Shown here: piece after piece, positions 61,301 to 64,000 of the stretch
Numbering within the stretch: position 1 is the stretch's first letter
Layout of the letters: the number at the start of each line of letters is the position of its first letter
Assembly (NCBI GenBank): GCA_002633005.1
Contig: NMRA01000419.1
Coordinates: 138,083-202,082 of the forward strand
Source of the DNA: Phoronis australis
Taxonomy: Eukaryota > Animalia > Phoronida
Direction: 5' to 3'
Length of the DNA stretch: 64,000 nt
Notes under the pieces: generated by a model
The model's input: only the letters and a program-made list of their open reading frames with translations
What the model was told of the DNA's origin: nothing
The model's database searches: none
Position numbers and translations under genes: made by a program

Positions 61301-62836
61301 TCCCTCATCTTTAAGTGTACTTAGAACTTGATGCCACTGTGGAAATACAACCTGCAAGTCCATAATAAATAAAGTCGTTACGCCAATAACATCACGTTTT
61401 CTGGGCAGTACAGGTGCTATTCCAACACATAAATCATTAGTAGACATTACCAACCTGGTCAAATTTGTAGACATCACTGGACATAAGGTCAATAATGTGT
61501 CCACTCATTTCTTTACTGTTCTCAGTTGTGTTGCGTAACTTCATGGCCTGCACAAAACAATGTTAAGATCAACATATTTGGGCATTAATAAACTAGGATT
61601 CAACTACTGTTTTCAAGTACGGTAAATTTAGTTAGAAAGTGTGTCATTGCACTGGCTCGGATTGTGAAGACAGCTTGTACCCAACCGCCATGACAAGGAG
61701 TATCTACTTCAGTTCCAAAACTCTACACAAACAATGTTACATGAACTACAGATGAATATAGTCCTAATACAATCATGCCATAAACTGCAAGCCATCTCCA
61801 AGCAGAATCTTAGGATAACGGTAAACAAAAGGAATGACAAAACCATGATCACTTCTGAAAGGTCAGGCTAGCCTTTTCCGACTTCACATTCTCTCACAAT
61901 TTCCGTCAACATTTGAAACGGAATGTTTATCATAACAAGGGAAATTTGACTGGGTGTATAGTTACGATGGTCCGGCATAGAAATTCTTTTTTGTCCCAGA
62001 CGTCAGAAAACACGTCGGAAATAATGGGCTGAATAGGAGATCATCGCAAGATACATCAAGTGTCGCTGTATAGTTCAGAACATCTGCACTAGCTTGTCAT
62101 ATTAACAGGGCAAAATGGATGGAACTGCACTCACCTTTCTGTACATGAGAGAAGTACATGCGACCCTGATCTGTAGACCCTTGAGGTAAATGAAGTGAAA
62201 TGCCGGATGTATGATGAGAGTGACCAAAATATATGAGATGCTGAATGCAGCCGCGTACAGGTACGCATGTAACTTGGGCACAGTAGAACTGGGCTCAAAG
62301 TAGGAGACAATTTCACCAAGGATAAACGCCTGAGTCAAGCGGAGGCCTTCCTATAGAGACAAAATGGGGAGACGGTTCTTATATAGCTGTACATGACAGG
62401 AAATGCAATAACATAACGCCATTAGCCAACTGGTGTAAAGTTAAGAGACAGTATAAGCTTGCCATAATAACAAGTGTCTTGGGAAATGAAGGATTTTGTG
62501 GATTTAGTAAGATTGAAGGTTATATTTAATTAATACACAATTTTAAAATCAACTGTGTTTCAAGACATGATGATCAAACAGGCGACAAATCAGTACATAA
62601 CAAGTGATACACACTTCCCAGTTCTAAACACATTGGAAACATTGTACCTCACCACCTTCAAGTTAAAAGTGCACACAATGAACACAACAGGATGGCTGAG
62701 CAGAGCACAACAACTTACCTCAACCAAGAGCAGAAGCCCAATCAACAACACCCCTGGTCCATAGCATCGACACAGGGCTTTAAACAAGCTAGCAGTTCCA
62801 CCAGAGCGCCACCTATACAGCTCCTTCTCCCATTCT
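38791..62836 (-). CDS. ABCC4: ABCC4/MRP4-like ABC transporter (subfamily C), spliced gene, 5'-incomplete
   Basis: Phase-consistent GT-AG exons give TMD1-NBD1-TMD2-NBD2 with ABCC4-type peptides ([123 protein letters not shown], VAHRL). Stop TAA at 38791-38793. The symbol denotes the closest family; orthology is untested. Confidence 0.9.
39730..39992 (-). CDS. ABCC4: ABCC4-like exon, NBD2 signature/Walker B (FTLGQKQLLCLARAL...ILIYEETTGHIH)
   Basis: tggtag acceptor, AG|gtgaga donor. Confidence 0.9.
40790..40905. repeat. 18-bp tandem repeat, about 6 copies
   Basis: AACATTTGTGAACAAAGC. Confidence 0.9.
40921..41076 (-). CDS. ABCC4: ABCC4-like exon, NBD2 Walker A/Q-loop (IGLIGRPGAGKST...IIPQ)
   Basis: ttccag acceptor, CAG|gttcgt donor. 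Confidence 0.9.
41108..41203. repeat. 24-bp tandem repeat, 4 copies
   Basis: CACCAAGTACACAnTGCCTGCAGA. Confidence 0.85.
42159..42350 (-). CDS. ABCC4: ABCC4-like exon (LSSVAKILKY...WPKYGII...QEK)
   Basis: ttccag acceptor, AAG|gtgagg donor; the preceding TM12 exon was not found and probably lies in gap 43973-44838. Confidence 0.9.
43011..43517. mobile_element. hAT-like MITE (TIR CwGGGCTTGGAA), possible CAAAAA TSD, nested in a TGACCCAG-ended element (about 42800-43592)
   Basis: Inverted termini; CAAAAA on both flanks; GCGGAA subterminal repeats. Confidence 0.65.
44839..45100. repeat. 63-bp tandem repeat, about 4 copies, next to a gap
   Basis: ACAGTCAACCTGTGTAAAT...TATACTAGAC. Confidence 0.9.
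46160..46396 (-). CDS. ABCC4: ABCC4-like exon ([20 protein letters not shown]...RWIALRLD, TM11)
   Basis: caacag acceptor, G|gtaggt donor. Confidence 0.9.
47509..47659 (-). CDS. ABCC4: ABCC4-like exon (TM9-10, ...RYYYIQTARDIRRMEAT)
   Basis: ttacag acceptor, T|gtaagt donor. Confidence 0.9.
47907..49180. mobile_element. Helentron-associated (HINE/DINE-1-like) element with internal tandem repeats
   Basis: Terminal hairpin CAACGC-GGA-GCGTTG, subTIR ATGCGCC/GGCGCAT, second hairpin, GACG microsatellite, repeated GCCACTAG(G/A/T) units. Confidence 0.7.
49522..49601 (-). CDS. ABCC4: ABCC4-like exon ([27 protein letters not shown])
   Basis: ctttag acceptor, CAG|gtattg donor. Confidence 0.9.
49796..50034 (-). 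CDS. ABCC4: ABCC4-like exon (TM8, ...LHDDMFEAVIRAPILFFERSPLG)
   Basis: gtgcag acceptor, G|gtaatt donor. Confidence 0.9.
50255..50440. repeat. 36-bp tandem repeat, about 5 copies
   Basis: ACTACTGTTGACCAGTTGATACATACAATCTTGGCC. Confidence 0.85.
50460..50497 (-). CDS. ABCC4: ABCC4-like micro-exon ([13 protein letters not shown])
   Basis: tttcag acceptor, TG|gtaagt donor; DWWL motif. Confidence 0.85.
51224..51364 (-). CDS. ABCC4: ABCC4-like exon (…VRMDTFLHYFLIGSGLSGLVAFFVLWLLTL, TM7)
   Basis: tgttag acceptor, CTG|gtaagt donor, 141 nt phase 0-0. Confidence 0.8.
51724..51945 (-). CDS. ABCC4: ABCC4-like exon, NBD1-TMD2 linker (GTIDSTGTYEDL...IKDPE)
   Basis: ttgtag acceptor, GAG|gtatta donor; both junctions are tandemly duplicated. 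Confidence 0.8.
52600..52697. repeat. 13-bp tandem repeat, about 7 copies
   Basis: CATGAACAGTGTA. Confidence 0.9.
53533..53629 (-). CDS. ABCC4: ABCC4-like exon, NBD1 H-loop (CICTVLKNKTVFIVTDRLNFMKSADQILVMKD)
   Basis: ttgcag acceptor, GAT|gtaagt donor. Confidence 0.9.
54038..54219 (-). CDS. ABCC4: ABCC4-like exon, NBD1 signature/Walker B ([41 protein letters not shown])
   Basis: ttacag acceptor, AG|gtatgc donor. Confidence 0.9.
54291..54490. repeat. 28-bp tandem repeat, 7 copies
   Basis: CCATTAGTCCCAATACACTAGCCAATAG. Confidence 0.9.
54713..54904 (-). CDS. ABCC4: ABCC4-like exon, NBD1 Q-loop region
   Basis: SSLLMTMLNEIP...[21 protein letters not shown]...CLVK; tttcag acceptor, AAG|gtacct donor. 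Confidence 0.9.
55113..57810 (+). mobile_element. 5'-truncated decayed LINE (RTEX-like ORF2: endonuclease end, RT, zinc knuckle), antisense in an ABCC intron
   Basis: SDHLPV, GKAGGYDG, FRKGYSTIDQVFTL, AFVDFSKAFD, LLYADD, YGAEIWG, TRLRCSNHLLLVERGRH..CALC; many frameshifts. Confidence 0.9.
57909..57998 (-). CDS. ABCC4: ABCC4-like exon, NBD1 Walker A (GQLIGIVGPSESGK)
   Basis: tttcag acceptor, AAG|gtgagt donor. Confidence 0.9.
58238..58362. repeat. (TA)n/(TATATG)n microsatellite
   Basis: Direct inspection. Confidence 0.9.
58830..58937 (-). CDS. ABCC4: ABCC4-like exon (KFLMAEE...DYTANWKR, A-loop Trp)
   Basis: ttgcag acceptor, AGG|gtaagt donor. Confidence 0.85.
59065..59590. mobile_element. hAT-like MITE
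   Basis: CAGGGCTC...GAGCATTG ends, TGGCGA subterminal repeats, near-TSD TTGTA/ATGTA. Confidence 0.45.
59955..60204 (-). CDS. ABCC4: ABCC4-like exon (TM5-6, ...EAMEAIDKIQ)
   Basis: tttcag acceptor, CAG|gttggt donor. Confidence 0.9.
60500..60625 (-). CDS. ABCC4: ABCC4-like exon ([33 protein letters not shown]...)
   Basis: ttatag acceptor, CA|gtaagt donor. Confidence 0.9.
60780..60957 (-). CDS. ABCC4: ABCC4-like partial exon (3' end ...SIPYYMKCR), running into a 15-bp repeat and an N-gap
   Basis: AG|gtaggg donor supplies the phase 2 needed by the next exon; the upstream part is obscured by the repeat and gap. Confidence 0.5.
61455..61547 (-). CDS. ABCC4: ABCC4-like exon (AMKLRNTTENSKEMSGHIIDLMSSDVYKFDQ)
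   Basis: tgcag acceptor, CAG|gttggt donor; matches the GQIVNLLSNDVNKFDQ segment. Confidence 0.85.
62135..62350 (-). CDS. ABCC4: ABCC4-like exon (TM2, ...[15 protein letters not shown])
   Basis: ctatag acceptor, AAG|gtgagt donor, 216 nt. Confidence 0.9.
62719..62836 (-). CDS. ABCC4: ABCC4-like exon (lasso/TM1: EWEKELYRWRSGGTASLFKALCRCYGPGVLLIGLLLLVE)
   Basis: ttacag acceptor, GAG|gtaagt donor. Confidence 0.85.
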
Positions 62837-63721
62837 CTGTAACACAAAGTTAAGTGTCATATATTACACTAATGATTGTTGTCGGTGTTCTGCAAAATGT
62901 GTATGCAAGGACACAAAAACATACACGGTGAAAATTCTTCAATTTGGGATGGCCTCTAAGCTTTGAGACACCTATATATTTAAGGAGAAATTAAAATTTC
63001 TTAATTCTAAAGATTGGGATGTGGCCCGTCTTGGCAGTCATCCTCTGTCTTAAATATCACACGCACCATTGTATATCAACACCCTGTGAAAACAGACTTC
63101 ACAGTTGATGAAATTGTCAAAAATAGCCATTGATGCAAAGTTTTCATGAGACCCATATTGTTTAAAAACAAGGTGAATGATCGCATGTTCATGACTGTAA
63201 TTCTTGAATTTGGGACGGCCAGAATTGCATATTTCTAAAATTTGGTACAAACTCTGACCTTGAGCAAAATAATTATTTTTCACTGTCCCAAACTAGAGAA
63301 TTTATTTCATAATTTATGCAGCTCTTTCCTACAGTATACAAAATAATATCCTATATAGTTACTCCTTGGCTTGTTGTAGAACAGTCCATAACATGAAAGG
63401 AGGAGTTGAAAACTTATGGAAGTCATGAAGTTTAGGACAAGATAGGCAAATTGTAAATTTTAAGTAGAAAAACACCTTGTATAAAAATCAGTTTATTTCA
63501 GTCAGTAGTGCCCCTTGAAAATATGTCACATTAAGCAATATAGTTGTTTTTTCATTAAATATCTAAATCCATCCTGTGTCCTATTCTTAGAGCAAACAGC
63601 TGCACGTCAACTGGGCCTCAAAAACAGAGCACAAAAGTTCAAACATTTGTTAACTTTTCATTACACTACCTCATCACCTTAGGACACGACATGGCAGACA
63701 GATGAAATTTGTTCCATTTTC

Positions 63722-64000
63722 CTAGTACTAAAATGATGCTTTGTCATATTCAAACTGTGTACCATATCTACATAAATGATCCATAGTACCAAAATGATGC
63801 TTCACCATATTCAAACTATGTACCATATCTACATAAATGATCCGTAATACCAAAATGATGCTTCACCATATTCAAACTATGTACCATATCTACATAAATG
63901 ATCCATAGTACCAAAATGATGCTTCACCATATTCAAACTATGTACCATATCTACATAAATGATCCATAGTACCAAAATGATGCTTCACCATATTCAAACT
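63722..64000. repeat. 61-bp tandem repeat, at least 4.5 copies, running off the window
   Basis: TAGTACCAAAATGATGCTTCACCATATTCAAACTATGTACCATATCTACATAAATGATCCA. Confidence 0.9.

Noticed and set aside
61274-61351. Possible ABCC exon after the acceptor at 61352
   Set aside because: In-frame stop and no similarity to the expected LHYLWxGP TM3 segment.
38791-62836. Calling the ABC gene CFTR
   Set aside because: The NBD1-TMD2 linker is short with no PKA-site-rich R domain, and TMD motifs are ABCC4-like; resemblance is limited to a few NBD1 residues.

Overview
Eukaryotic (animal, most likely marine invertebrate) genomic DNA from a gapped draft assembly; it is not prokaryotic, and there is no CRISPR, rRNA or tRNA signal. 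Two spliced genes lie in tandem on the minus strand. (1) An ABCC4/MRP4-like ABC transporter: 20 complete exons and one partial exon traced from 62836 to the stop at 38791. Its 5' end is outside the window and two TM-encoding exons probably fall in N-gaps. Nearly every ATPase motif is non-canonical (NBD1 signature MSDSQ, NBD2 Walker B ILIYEE) although reading frames and splice sites are intact. (2) A CNBD2-like protein with two cyclic-nucleotide-binding domains: 8 exons, 33763 to 4502, with a 13.2-kb last intron, a degenerate phosphate-binding cassette and an RFX X-box-like motif upstream. The introns and intergenic DNA are full of transposon debris: two non-autonomous ISL2EU-type elements (AT TSD, THAP and YqaJ-like N-termini), a hAT transposase remnant with a MITE family showing 5-bp TSDs, Kolobok-like THAP remnants, Harbinger-type MITEs, Helentron-type (HINE) elements and an RTEX-like LINE. 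There are also many mini- and microsatellites, some of which look like assembly artefacts next to gaps. Exon boundaries were read by eye from GT-AG sites and phase continuity; family assignments come from motif recognition, not database searches.
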